From: Phycisphaerae bacterium
Lineage (GTDB): Bacteria; Planctomycetota; Phycisphaerae; UBA1845
DNA: 64,000 nucleotides
Reading direction: 5' to 3'
Assembly: GCA_963666835.2 (NCBI GenBank)
Contig: CAXXGO010000005.1
Coordinates: 160,001 to 224,000, forward strand
A program made the position numbers and the translations under genes. The number at the start of each line of letters is the position of its first letter. Positions within the stretch are counted from its first letter, which is position 1. Positions 36,281-46,176 of this stretch are shown here, one piece after another. A model generated the notes under the pieces. The model was not told where the DNA came from and ran no database searches. It worked only from the letters and a program-made list of their open reading frames with translations.

Positions 36281-36501
36281 CCGAAGCATACGCCGGGGAA
36301 TCCACTCTCCGGGGATTGCGGAGGGGCTCGGCGACGTTCGTCACTCTGGTGGAATAGACCCCGGTCGGAACACCCCCTTGGTAAGGGGGAAGGGAAGCTG
36401 AACGATCTTCCCGGAAGCGGCAGAAGTGTTCGGTCAACCATGAGCCTGTGGGTTCGTGTGCCAACGCTATCGAGCAGTGATCGACGATTCCGGCATGTTC
36501 G
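36281..36501 (+). ncRNA. Candidate 6S-like structured RNA
   Basis: Nested end-to-end pairing (CGAAGCAT..GCCGG..GAATC with GATTCCGGCATGTTCG; GCTCGG..CGTT with AACG..TCGAGC; GAACAC with GTGTTC), central bubble, and a TGAGCC-TGT-GGGTTC hairpin like the 6S TGAACC..GGGTTC element. Confidence 0.45.
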
Positions 36502-36511
36502 AAGCAGTCTC

Positions 36512-36539
36512 GCACTGCTCAAGAGCAGTGGCGCACCTG
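36512..36539. repeat. REP-like palindrome family 1, copy 2
   Basis: GCACTGCTCAAGAGCAGTGGCGCACCTG. Confidence 0.75.
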
Positions 36540-36685
36540 CAAAGTGGGGTGTCGTGTGGTGCACTGGTGTTGCCGGGGGCGACCGCCCGGATACGATACG
36601 GTCCTCGACGGTGCGGATGGTCGCGCCACGTAAGGCGATGGACGGACGTCAGGCAAGGCGTTTCGGGGGTAGAGAATCGGTTCAG

Positions 36686-38053
36686 ATGAACAAGCCACCC
36701 AGTTACTACAGCACGAATCGTGAAGCCGCAGTGGTTTCGTTCCGTGAAGCATTGCTTCAGGGGCAAGCCCCCGATCGCGGCCTGTACATGCCGGACCATA
36801 TGCCCTGCTTGGAGATGGCGGACCTGCTGGACCTGGCTGACAGGAGTTATCCGCAGATTGCCCACCGCGTGCTGAGACAGTTCACGGCCGGGGCGATTGA
36901 CGACGACGCCCTGGCGGCGCTGTGCGAAGATGCCTACAGCTTCGCGGTGCCGCTGGAACGAGTGACGGGTCGGCGTCACGTTATGCGGTTGGATCGTGGG
37001 CCGACGGCTTCTTTCAAGGACTTTGCGGCGCGGATGATGGCGCGGTGGATGGGCGAGTTCGTCGCTGCGGGGGACGCCGAGCTGGTGATTCTAACGGCGA
37101 CTTCGGGGGATACGGGCAGCGCGGTGGCGCATGCTTACCACAGGGTGAAGGGTGTTCGAGTTCTGGTGCTGTTCCCGATCGACGAGGTATCGGATCGGCA
37201 ACGCAAGCAGATGACGACTCTGGGCGGCAACGTTACGACCGTCGCGATCGATGGCAAGTTCGACGACTGCCAGGCGATGGTCAAACAGGCGTTTTCTGAT
37301 CCTGATCTTGCGGGCATTCGTTTGACTTCGGCCAACTCGATCAACATCGGCCGGTTGCTGCCGCAGAGCGTTTACTACGTGTACGCGTACGTCAAGACGG
37401 CGGACGTCGGTGCGGGCGAACCAATTGTTGTTTGTGTGCCGTCGGGCAACTTCGGGAACATGATGGGGGCGGTGTTGGCACGGCGCATGGGGCTGCCGGT
37501 TGAGCGACTGGTGATCGCGACGAACGCCAATGACGAAGTGCCGGAGTTCATGCGTACGGGCCGTTATGAGAAGATCGTTCCGTCGCGCGTGTGTATCTCG
37601 AACGCGATGAACGTGGGGCATCCTTCGAATCTTGCGCGGCTCGTTGATGTCTATGGTGGGCGGATGGACGAGGTCGGAGTTCTTCATGAGATGCCGGATC
37701 TCGACAGGCTGCGCCGCGATCTGCACACGGTGAGCATCACCGACGACGAGACCCGGGCGACCATCGAGAGGGCGTATCAACACTACGAGGTCATGTTGGA
37801 GCCGCACGGGGCAGTCGGCTGGGCGGGTCTGGATAGGTACTTCCGCGACGATCCCGGGCAGGCCGATGGTCTGTCCGTTTCGATCGAAACGGCCCACCCG
37901 GCCAAGTTCCCCGAGGAGATCAGAGCGATTCTGGGGGTAGACCCGCAGGTGCCCCCGGCGCTCACCGGGCTGGAGGAGCGGCCTGAGACGTACGACTCGA
38001 TGTCCACCGACTACGAGCCTTTCCGGGGTTTCCTGCTGAAGAACTACCGCTAG
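36686..38053 (+). CDS. thrC: Threonine synthase
   Basis: YYSTN, GPTASFKDFA (PLP lysine), ATSGDTG, FDDCQ, SANSINIGR, VPSGNFGN, ETAHPAKF. Confidence 0.95.
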   Translation: MNKPPSYYSTNREAAVVSFREALLQGQAPDRGLYMPDHMPCLEMADLLDLADRSYPQIAHRVLRQFTAGAIDDDALAALCEDAYSFAVPLERVTGRRHVMRLDRGPTASFKDFAARMMARWMGEFVAAGDAELVILTATSGDTGSAVAHAYHRVKGVRVLVLFPIDEVSDRQRKQMTTLGGNVTTVAIDGKFDDCQAMVKQAFSDPDLAGIRLTSANSINIGRLLPQSVYYVYAYVKTADVGAGEPIVVCVPSGNFGNMMGAVLARRMGLPVERLVIATNANDEVPEFMRTGRYEKIVPSRVCISNAMNVGHPSNLARLVDVYGGRMDEVGVLHEMPDLDRLRRDLHTVSITDDETRATIERAYQHYEVMLEPHGAVGWAGLDRYFRDDPGQADGLSVSIETAHPAKFPEEIRAILGVDPQVPPALTGLEERPETYDSMSTDYEPFRGFLLKNYR

Positions 38054-38139
38054 CGCTTTGTCACACGCAGAGGTTCGGGTTCAATCCGCACCGTGTCGCG
38101 TCCCCGCGCTGCTCCAGGGCATTGGCTGGAGTCTGGCAA

Positions 38140-38185
38140 GCACTGCTCGAGAGCAGTGGCACACCTGAGAACCCAGGTGTGACGT
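38140..38185. repeat. REP-like palindrome family 1, copy 3
   Basis: GCACTGCTCGAGAGCAGTGGCACACCTG...GGTGTGACGT, same extended second stem as 2625-2670. Confidence 0.75.
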
Positions 38186-38356
38186 GCTGCTACGACGCAG
38201 ACCTGTTCCGGGGCAGTCTCCGTGTTTGCACGACATTCTGTGTGGGGGTCCGGCGGTTCCTTCTTACTATAAACAGCCCCCTGGGCGACCGATAAACCAG
38301 AGTGCTTAGGCTGCAGGTGCGTATTCTGCGGTGGTTTTCCATCGACGGGTTCTCGT

Positions 38357-40078
38357 ATGGGCGGATTGCCTGGACAGGTCAACGAATCGCCACCCCGGGG
38401 GCGGATTACGCGGGACGCGCTGCAACTTCGGGGAGAGGACGATTGCCACGCCAATGACACGTCAGCTGCGGGGCACGGCGTGCTTGGAGTGCTGGTCGTT
38501 GTCGGAGTGGCTGCGGTTCTTGTCGAGGGATTCGTGTTCTCGGCGTCTCGCCTGTGGTTCATGCCCGATTCGGCTTGGTATATCTCGTTGGCGACCGGGC
38601 TGGCAGAACGTTGGGACTTCAGTCAGAATCTCTTTCAGTTCCGCACTCCGGGGTATCCGCTTTTTCTGGCGGCGCTCTTTCTTCTGTTCGGCCACAGTGC
38701 CGGCGTAGCGCTGCTGGTCGTGCAACACGCGATGGTGGTGGGTTGTTCACTGTTGAGTGCGATGATCGCGTGGACCCTCTGGCCGCGCCGGAGTCTGGCC
38801 ATCATTACGGGGCTGTTCGGTGCAGTGGGTTTTCATCTCAGCGGTTACGCAAGTGCCGTCCTTACCGAAGTTCCGTACGCGTTCATGCTGACTGTCTGCG
38901 TGTACCTGCTGGTGCGGTATTGCGTGCAGGGTGGGTTGCGAGTGTTGCTTGCTGCTTCCGTGGTCGCCGGGCTCGCGGCTCTGATTCGCCCGATCGGGTT
39001 CCCGCTGGTTGGGATATGTGCGATCGCGGCGTTTATGCGAACCCGGTACGATGCGAGGGCGTTGCGCGGCGATGGTGAGCGAGCCGGCCTGCAGAGCAAC
39101 CTGGGCGGCCTGCGCCGTGTCGGAGTGGCGACGGCCGCGGCGATTCTACCGGCGGTACTGCTGTTGCTGCCGGTGATGATTAACAACCACCGCGCGCACG
39201 GACACTTCAAGCTGACCTGCATGAGAGGGTTCGCTTTGTACTCCCGGACCGCCTTTGTGGATCGCGTGGATTCCACCACCAGCGAGTCCGTCGAGCGAAT
39301 CCGGCAGGCCGTCGAGACCGCGCGGGATCGAGGCTGGATTAAACGGAATGCCACACATCATGACTTCTGGCCGTCCGTTCGGGCGTGTCAGCTCGTCTAC
39401 GACGCATCACTGGCGGACGTGTCCGACTTAATGCAGAACGCCGGGTTGGATCTGATGTGGGAGCACCCGTGGGAGATCCTGCGCAACACGGCCGTCCACT
39501 GTCATAGAACGTACGTAATGCCGGACGAGGCGTATCGAATGCTTCCGGGTGGAACTCCGGGGGTGGGCGATCGTTGGGCGAAGAAAGCGGAATTATACGC
39601 GGTGGATACGTTTACCAGTCCGGTGGCGCGGCGGGTGGGGAGCGACACGCTGGCGGAGTTTTTCCCCGCCAGTCAGGAACCGACGGCGACCACGCCGGCT
39701 TGGTCGGCTTTCTGCAAGTGGTATCACGCTCGAATCGAAGAAGGAACTCCGGTAACGGGGCTGCTGGACACACCCTACGAGGAGTTCGCCATGTTCTCGG
39801 TGGTGGGGATGGTCTTGGCGCTCGGACGCCGCCGCCGATTGGTTTGGCTGCTCGTCGCCGCGGTCATCATGTACCAGGTTGTCCTCGGCGCGTTCCTGGC
39901 CGGTGCCTTGCCGCGTTATACGGTGGCGTTGCATCCGTTGATGCACGTGTTCGCAGCGCTGTTTATCGTTGGAGTGTTCGACTGCGTCACGATGGTGACC
40001 CGCCTTATCAGCGGCCGGCTCCGAACGGAAGTGGAGAGCGCGCCGCGGTACGGGCGGACTATGGAGCAGGGACGGTGA
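38357..40078 (+). CDS. GT-C fold (ArnT/PMT-like) integral membrane glycosyltransferase
   Basis: PDSAWY, RTPGYPLFLA, VLTEVPY, LIRP and PRY motifs; many TM helices; start uncertain. Confidence 0.75.
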   Translation: MGGLPGQVNESPPRGRITRDALQLRGEDDCHANDTSAAGHGVLGVLVVVGVAAVLVEGFVFSASRLWFMPDSAWYISLATGLAERWDFSQNLFQFRTPGYPLFLAALFLLFGHSAGVALLVVQHAMVVGCSLLSAMIAWTLWPRRSLAIITGLFGAVGFHLSGYASAVLTEVPYAFMLTVCVYLLVRYCVQGGLRVLLAASVVAGLAALIRPIGFPLVGICAIAAFMRTRYDARALRGDGERAGLQSNLGGLRRVGVATAAAILPAVLLLLPVMINNHRAHGHFKLTCMRGFALYSRTAFVDRVDSTTSESVERIRQAVETARDRGWIKRNATHHDFWPSVRACQLVYDASLADVSDLMQNAGLDLMWEHPWEILRNTAVHCHRTYVMPDEAYRMLPGGTPGVGDRWAKKAELYAVDTFTSPVARRVGSDTLAEFFPASQEPTATTPAWSAFCKWYHARIEEGTPVTGLLDTPYEEFAMFSVVGMVLALGRRRRLVWLLVAAVIMYQVVLGAFLAGALPRYTVALHPLMHVFAALFIVGVFDCVTMVTRLISGRLRTEVESAPRYGRTMEQGR

Positions 40079-40146
40079 ATCGCCTGATGAGAACGCCGGC
40101 GGTTGTCGCAGACGCACTTCGCCGGGAGATTACCTGGGAGTAACGG

Positions 40147-40959
40147 ATGACTACGGCTGTTCTACCGGTGCAGGATGTTGCCCACGAGGCGGCGGTTTTC
40201 GACGGCTTGGCCGCGCGCGGGACGCACGGGGGTCTTTCTGCTCGCGAGTACAGCCAGTTCTTTCGGATGGTCGGGCTGGTGCATTTGCCCGGCGATACGC
40301 GCATTGTGGATTTCGGCTGCGGTGACGGGCTAATGGCATGTCAACTGGCGGAGCTGGGTTTCAAGAACGTGGTCGGCGTCGACATATCGCCCGGGAACAT
40401 CGCGGTGGCTCGGAGGCGAGCGAAGCAGCGCAAGGTGGCCGTGGACTTCCACGTGGGCGATATTTCCGATCTGCCGTGGATCGGTTCACACAGTTGTGAC
40501 GTCGTGCTGTCTTCGGGGGTCGTTCATCATTTCCCAACGTTCGAGACGAAACGGTCCGCCGTGGCCGAGGCGAAGCGCGTGTTGCGTCCGGGAGGGCTGT
40601 TCGCGGGCATAGAGCCCAACCGGTGGAACCCGTATTGGTACTTGCCGATGCTAATGATGAAGTTGACCTGGTCACGGCTGCCGATCTCCTTCCATTATGT
40701 GCGCTGCCATTGCACTGAGAACGAGCAGAACCAGCTTTCGCCGCGGGAGCTGGGCAGGGTTTTTCGTACTCTTGGTATTTTACACGTGTCGTACCAAGCG
40801 TTTCCGTATATCAAGCCTCAACCGGGAGAGTATCGGTACCATAAAGGGGTGGCAGCGGCCTACCGCGGTGTTGTGGAGCGACTCTCGTCGTTCCTGCTGC
40901 CCGGGTCGTACGGGGCGAGTTACTTTGTGTTCAAGGCGGAGGTTCCCGCGCTGAATTGA
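40147..40959 (+). CDS. Class I SAM-dependent methyltransferase
   Basis: VDFGCGDG, GVDIS, RVLRPGG, EPN. Confidence 0.88.
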   Translation: MTTAVLPVQDVAHEAAVFDGLAARGTHGGLSAREYSQFFRMVGLVHLPGDTRIVDFGCGDGLMACQLAELGFKNVVGVDISPGNIAVARRRAKQRKVAVDFHVGDISDLPWIGSHSCDVVLSSGVVHHFPTFETKRSAVAEAKRVLRPGGLFAGIEPNRWNPYWYLPMLMMKLTWSRLPISFHYVRCHCTENEQNQLSPRELGRVFRTLGILHVSYQAFPYIKPQPGEYRYHKGVAAAYRGVVERLSSFLLPGSYGASYFVFKAEVPALN

Positions 40960-40986
40960 CGCGGGCAGGTGGGGTGGAGACCACGG

Positions 40987-41715
40987 ATGCAGGTTCTTGA
41001 AACTGACGATGAGTCCGAGACGCTTGCCGGGCAAGCTGGCGCCCGAGACGCCCTTCCGCGTTTCTCTCGATCGGTAGCAGGGGATGCCGAGTGCGCAGGG
41101 ACTGCGGTTACATACCGGGAGTTGACGGATTCGGTCGGTGATCGGGCGAAGCGAGAGCGAGTCGCCGAGCTTCACACCGCGATGTTTCGTCGTGGTCTGG
41201 GGGGATCCTTGGGGATCGAGTTCGCGCGGGCGTTCTATGACGATGTTATTGGCTGCCCCGATTGCTTCTTGATTGTCGCCGAGATTGACGGAACCCTGGC
41301 GGGGTACATCTCTGGGGCGTTTGACAACCGAGTATTCCCCACCAGCGTCTTCCGGAAACGGATTCGGCGGTTGATCCTCCGGCGGATGCTGACTTTCCGG
41401 CTGAGCTACACCGGGCTGTGGCGTGCCATACGCAACCACCGTCTCGGGCGTAGTGCCGAAGGCATGGCCGAGCTTCTGTCGATTCAAGTATGCTCCGATT
41501 TCGGCGGAAAGGGCATCGGGCGCGGGCTGGTCGCCCGGATGGAGGAGCGTTTTCGCAATCGGGCGGTGCCTGCGTTCTGTGTCTATACGGATGACTGCGA
41601 GGGGATCAGATTCTACGAGCGTATCGGCATGCGGCCGATCTTTAAGACCGAGTGGTGCGGCGTGCCGTCGGCCTGTTACGTGAAGGAGCTTTCTTCAATC
41701 CCGTCGTCGCAGTGA
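40987..41715 (+). CDS. GNAT family N-acetyltransferase
   Basis: ELLSIQV...GGKGIGRGL...FYERIG. Confidence 0.8.
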   Translation: MQVLETDDESETLAGQAGARDALPRFSRSVAGDAECAGTAVTYRELTDSVGDRAKRERVAELHTAMFRRGLGGSLGIEFARAFYDDVIGCPDCFLIVAEIDGTLAGYISGAFDNRVFPTSVFRKRIRRLILRRMLTFRLSYTGLWRAIRNHRLGRSAEGMAELLSIQVCSDFGGKGIGRGLVARMEERFRNRAVPAFCVYTDDCEGIRFYERIGMRPIFKTEWCGVPSACYVKELSSIPSSQ

Positions 41716-41769
41716 CGTGCCTGTTCCTGGCGGGTGGTTTAACTTGTTGACCCATGGAGTGCCACAATA

Positions 41770-41939
41770 GCGGCATGTCTTTGCACGTCGCGCGCCATTG
41801 CGGCAGGTCTCGTGCCTCGACCGTACCCTACGGACCCGTGGGATGCGCGTGTGGTATGGGTGGAGGGACACGATGGCGGCATGTCTTCGCGCGTCGTGTG
41901 CCATTGCGGCAGGTCTCGTGCCTCGACCGTGCCCTACGG
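41770..41939. repeat. Two ~63-bp direct repeats (REP-like, GTAG-type on the minus strand) between convergent genes
   Basis: GCGGCATGTCTT...GCCATTGCGGCAGGTCTCGTGCCTCGACCGTRCCCTACGG at ~41770-41832 and ~41876-41939. Confidence 0.8.
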
Positions 41940-41940
41940 C

Positions 41941-43443
41941 CTAGGTACACTTGAACCGCAGTACCGCCCGCCAGGCGATCCGGGCCAACTGCCAGCCGTG
42001 TCGGAAGAAGTGTGTCTTGGGCCGCCCATAGACGCGAGGGGCGTACTTCGTGGGTATCTCGCAAATCCGCAATCCGAGCCTATGCACCCCGAACAGCAAC
42101 TCGAAGTCCCCGAACGGATCGAAGATGTTCAAGAACCCCCATTGACGATGCACGCGCTGATACTGGCGGCGGTCGATTCCCTTGATGCCGCACAGCACAT
42201 CGGATGTGCGTTGCCCGAGAAACCAACTGAACCACAGGGCGAAGAGAATGTTGCCGATTACGTTTCGCAACGGCATGGAGTGCTTTTCCTTCGGGTAGAC
42301 GAACCGCGTGCCGTTAACATACTCGGCGTGGCCGGTCGCGATTAGCTCGAATACCTTCGTCACATCCTGGGGCGGCGAGGTTTGGTCTGCCTCGAGGATT
42401 ATAATGACGTCCCCGGTGGCGGCCCCGAAACCTCTCTGGGTAGCGTCACCCTGACCGATACCGTCTTGCTTGAGCAGCTTGATGTCCCTTTCCGGGTACG
42501 CCGCGATAACGCGCCGGATTTCTTCAGGAGTTCCGTCGGTGGAATGGCCTTCGACGAAGATGATCTCCGTATGCCGGCCGACGTCGGGGATGGCCTTGAC
42601 CAGCGGCTCGATGTTGCCGCGTTCGTCTCGGACGGTCAGGACGATCGTGCAGGTCTTGTTTTCCCAATCCGCTTCTTGGGGCCTTCGCCGCGCGATCAGC
42701 AACTCGGTGCCGGCCAGTCGGCTCGCCCCGGGGACCAACCCGCAGATTGCATTAACGAGCGGACCGAGCCCAAGGAAGTTTCGCGGGGCGAGCAACTTGC
42801 GTCGAATCTGGATGTTCTCGAAGCCGGCCGCGTTGAGACACACCTGGACGTTGTGGGCGCTGAGCCAGTTGGGCTGGCAGTGGGGGCGTACCAGTCGGAG
42901 CCGGGCGGCCAGCCTAATCAACGGCCACCACAGGTAGTTGTGTTGGAGCACCACGATCCGAGTGGTTGGAGTGCAGAGGCGGCTGATTCGTTTGAAGAAG
43001 GCGGGCAGATCATCCATCATGCTCGCCGTTCCGTTGAGCACGATGTACTCGAACGGTCCTTCGACCTCGAGGCGATCGTAACGGCTTCGAATGTAGGTGT
43101 GCTCGCCGTGCCGGCGGCGGGCAGCGTCGATCATCTCGGAGCACTCGTCGATCCCGACCCCACGGGTCGGGGCGAGAGCATCCAACAGCCGTCCGTCCTC
43201 GCATCCGATCAGCAGAACCGATTCACCTTCCGGAACGATGAAACGAAGATACTCGACGATCTTGCGATGATAGTAGCTGTTACGCCGCCGCCACTTGTCC
43301 AGGGTCCCGGCAACGGCTGCTCGGACCGCCGGCGCCTCTCGCCGCGGCAGGGCGGCCGAACTCCGGACCGGCGGAGTGTCCGTGGGCGTGTTCGACACGG
43401 CTGCGGGGTCGGCTGGTGTTGTCGACGTGAGTATCCCCATCAA
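41941..43443 (-). CDS. Methyltransferase-like domain fused to a GT2 glycosyltransferase (polyprenol-phosphate GT-like)
   Basis: N-terminal LLIGCEDG/GID; C-terminal FVEGHSTDGT, ILEADQTSPP, DVLCGIKG, DPFGDFELLFG. Confidence 0.85.
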   Translation of the reverse strand: MMGILTSTTPADPAAVSNTPTDTPPVRSSAALPRREAPAVRAAVAGTLDKWRRRNSYYHRKIVEYLRFIVPEGESVLLIGCEDGRLLDALAPTRGVGIDECSEMIDAARRRHGEHTYIRSRYDRLEVEGPFEYIVLNGTASMMDDLPAFFKRISRLCTPTTRIVVLQHNYLWWPLIRLAARLRLVRPHCQPNWLSAHNVQVCLNAAGFENIQIRRKLLAPRNFLGLGPLVNAICGLVPGASRLAGTELLIARRRPQEADWENKTCTIVLTVRDERGNIEPLVKAIPDVGRHTEIIFVEGHSTDGTPEEIRRVIAAYPERDIKLLKQDGIGQGDATQRGFGAATGDVIIILEADQTSPPQDVTKVFELIATGHAEYVNGTRFVYPKEKHSMPLRNVIGNILFALWFSWFLGQRTSDVLCGIKGIDRRQYQRVHRQWGFLNIFDPFGDFELLFGVHRLGLRICEIPTKYAPRVYGRPKTHFFRHGWQLARIAWRAVLRFKCT

Positions 43444-43524
43444 AGCGACTCTCTGAGACTCAGTAGCGTGTTTGTGGTAATGACATCCGAGGTTGTCACC
43501 CGAGGGGTGAAACGTGGTATCTCG

Positions 43525-44664
43525 TTACCGGTAGTGCGCCGGTTCCGCGGTTGCACAGACCTCGCCGATTCGGCTTCTCTGGTACATTTCGATAGACTCG
43601 CAGACTAACTCGACCTGCAACTCCGTCAGGTCTAATCCACTGGGCAACATCAGGCCCGATTCGAACAACTTGACGGATTGGGTCGGCTTGTAACGAACGA
43701 TCGAGTTCTGCGAGTTGAGACTCGGCTGCAGGTGCAGGGGGTAGAAGAAACGTCTGGTCGCGATGCCTGCTGCGTTCAGGTAGTCGGCCAGCCCTGCCGG
43801 GTCGTCCACAAGGATGTTGACCCGGAAGGGGACTACCTCGCCGAAGCCGTTGTCCGTGGGGAACCGGACTCCGGGGCAGTCGCGGAGCATGTTAAAGTAG
43901 GTTTCCCGCAAAGCCAGCTTGCGACGGATGGTGTCGTCGAGCTGATGGAATTGGGCCACGCCGATTGCAGCCTGCAAGTCCGTAATACGGAAGTTGTAGC
44001 CCATGTGCTCGTGTACGAAGGTCCCGCGGTGGAGGCGTCCCTGGTTTTTGAAGTATAGGCATTGTTCGGCCAGATCATCGTCGTTCAACAGAAGGGCGCC
44101 CCCTTCGCCGGTTGTCATGGTCTTGTCAGCGAAGAACGAGATGCACCCGATATCGCCGAACGTGCCGACGTGCCGGTCGCCGCAGGTTACGCCCATTCCC
44201 TGGGCGGCATCTTCCACGACCAGCAGTCCATGTCGTCGGGCGATGTCCATTATGACCGGCATGTCGCAGGTCTGCCCGTAAATATGCACCGGCATGATGG
44301 CTTTGGTGCGCGGAGTGATGCTCGCCTCGATTGCCTCTACCGAGATGTTGCCGTCGTACTCGTCCACATCAACCAGCACCGGCATGGCCCCGGTAAGGAC
44401 CACCGCGGAGGCGGTTCCGAAGAACGTGAAGTCCGGGACGATGACCTCGTCCCCGGGGCCGACCCCGAGCACCTTCAGCGCGGCAAACAGCGCCAGGGTG
44501 CCATTGGGGACCATGATGGCATGCCGGCAGCCGCAATAGTCCGCCAGCAACCTCTGGAGCTGCCGAGTATTCTTGCCCTCGGTGATCCAGTTCTCGTCCA
44601 AGGTCTCGAGGACGCGAGCGATCTCGGCCTTTCCGATCTGAGGACTGTACTCGTTAATTCGCAT
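43525..44664 (-). CDS. DegT/DnrJ/EryC1/StrS aminotransferase (perosamine synthase-like)
   Basis: NGTLAL, PVHIYG, EDAAQ, SFFADKTMTTGEGG (PLP lysine), GYNFRITDLQAAIG. Confidence 0.92.
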   Translation of the reverse strand: MRINEYSPQIGKAEIARVLETLDENWITEGKNTRQLQRLLADYCGCRHAIMVPNGTLALFAALKVLGVGPGDEVIVPDFTFFGTASAVVLTGAMPVLVDVDEYDGNISVEAIEASITPRTKAIMPVHIYGQTCDMPVIMDIARRHGLLVVEDAAQGMGVTCGDRHVGTFGDIGCISFFADKTMTTGEGGALLLNDDDLAEQCLYFKNQGRLHRGTFVHEHMGYNFRITDLQAAIGVAQFHQLDDTIRRKLALRETYFNMLRDCPGVRFPTDNGFGEVVPFRVNILVDDPAGLADYLNAAGIATRRFFYPLHLQPSLNSQNSIVRYKPTQSVKLFESGLMLPSGLDLTELQVELVCESIEMYQRSRIGEVCATAEPAHYR

Positions 44665-45622
44665 GAGATAGTTCTCGTTCAACGGATGACAAGTAGTCTT
44701 GTACGGTCTTGGCAATGCCGGTTCGTAGCGAAACCGCGGGAGCCCAACCGGTAAGATCGTGGAATCGACTCCCGTCCAGCAGTTTCTGCACGGCGCCGTC
44801 AGGACGGCTCGGATCAACCGTGAAGGACCCGTTCCAGCCGACGGCCTCGCGGATCAGTTCGGCCAGACCCAGAATCGAAATCCCCTCGGCGATTCCCACG
44901 TTGTAGATGCGGTGGTTGTTCAACAACGCTTCGTTTTCGCCGAATACCTGGATGAAGCGCACGATTGCCGCGGAGGCGTCGGTTACGTACATCCATTCGC
45001 GGACCGGGCGGCCGCTACCCCACAGCACGACGTGAGGCGCCTGCGTGCGTCCGGCCTCGACGACTTTGGCGATCAGGGCTCCGAGAGCGTGGCTACGCTG
45101 GGGCTCGAAGTGGTCCCCGGGGCCGTACATGTTTGGGAAGATCAGGTGGGCGGACCGCAAACCGGTCACGTTGCCGTAGGTTCGGCAGAGCCCCCACAGG
45201 GTCTTTCGCGGCAACCCATACATCAGAACGCTGTCATGGATTGGGCCGTCCCACCACTCGTCCTCGCGGTAGGTGTCTTTGTCGCCGGGGTAGGTGCAGT
45301 TTGGCATGACGGTGATCAAGTTCTTGACCCCCGATGCACGCAGTCCCTGCATCAACCCGGACGAGATGCGCAGGTTGTCCTCGAATACCTCGATGGCGTG
45401 TTCGCCGACGTAGCCGATTCCGCCCACGTGGGCGGCGCAATGGACCACCAAGTCGGGAGCGAGCTTGCGGATAGACCGGGTGGCCGCGACGCCGTCCCGA
45501 AGGTCGACTCCTTCGGATCGGCTGCAAGAGCAGGTGTCGTAGTCGGCGTCGCGGCAGGCTTGGACTACCTTGGAGCCGACGAATCCGGTTCCACCGGTAA
45601 CGAGTATTCTGTTGATCGCCAT
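44654..45622 (-). CDS. GDP-L-fucose synthase-like NAD(P)-dependent epimerase/reductase
   Basis: TGGTGFVG, AAHVGGI, CTYP, YGLPRK, NMYGPGDHF...SH, WGSGRPVREWMY, PDG..QK. Confidence 0.85.
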   Translation of the reverse strand: MAINRILVTGGTGFVGSKVVQACRDADYDTCSCSRSEGVDLRDGVAATRSIRKLAPDLVVHCAAHVGGIGYVGEHAIEVFEDNLRISSGLMQGLRASGVKNLITVMPNCTYPGDKDTYREDEWWDGPIHDSVLMYGLPRKTLWGLCRTYGNVTGLRSAHLIFPNMYGPGDHFEPQRSHALGALIAKVVEAGRTQAPHVVLWGSGRPVREWMYVTDASAAIVRFIQVFGENEALLNNHRIYNVGIAEGISILGLAELIREAVGWNGSFTVDPSRPDGAVQKLLDGSRFHDLTGWAPAVSLRTGIAKTVQDYLSSVERELSHAN

Positions 45623-45752
45623 TCCGTTGCCGATCCGCGTCGGGGCCGGGGCGGCGCCGCCTTCGTCGGCGGACAAACCTCCACCTTCTCGTGTTATCGG
45701 TACTTCCAAGGGGCGTCTGAATTGACTGGATGGCGTCTTCTTGAGCGGGGCC

Positions 45753-45916
45753 GCAGCGCAGGCTTCCAGCCTGCTGGACATGTCGACAGCGTCCATAATC
45801 GCGATGGAATGCCCCGGTGGCCCCGTAGCGCAGGTGCCGGACGTGGGGCAGGCCAACAGCGGATCTGAAGATGCAGACAGGATGTCTGCGTTACGTAGCG
45901 CAGGCTTCCAGCCTGC
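45753..45916. repeat. REP-like family 2 (GYAGCGCAGGCTTCCAGCCTGC), cluster of 2-3 copies
   Basis: Copies at 45753-45774 and 45895-45916, partial copy at ~45825; related copy at 61979-62000. Confidence 0.75.
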
Positions 45917-46176
45917 CTAGGCGGTCAACGTGGTGGTGGGGAGCGCGAAAGACGTGTGATCGCGGTCCTGACGAGCGTCCTGCGAACGGAATGATCCGAG
46001 GTTTCGGATCATTTCGTTTTTGACTTAAGCTCGCTAATCCGATAAGCTCGCTGGTTGGAGTGGGATTGGGGAGCGTTTCGCCAATCAACGATCGACAACG
46101 GGCCGGTCCGCCCGCGAAGAGCACTATTAAGCGCCTAGGTTGTCCACGGGACTTGAATCCGATTGGGAGTACAGCA

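Noticed and set aside
36137..36685. N-terminal extension of ThrC, or a lysine/SAM/T-box riboswitch upstream of thrC
   Set aside because: ThrC homology starts at MNKPPSYYST (36686); riboswitch consensus blocks match only in fragments and not in the right order.
41770..41939. CRISPR array
   Set aside because: Only two ~63-bp units and no cas genes; too long for CRISPR repeats.
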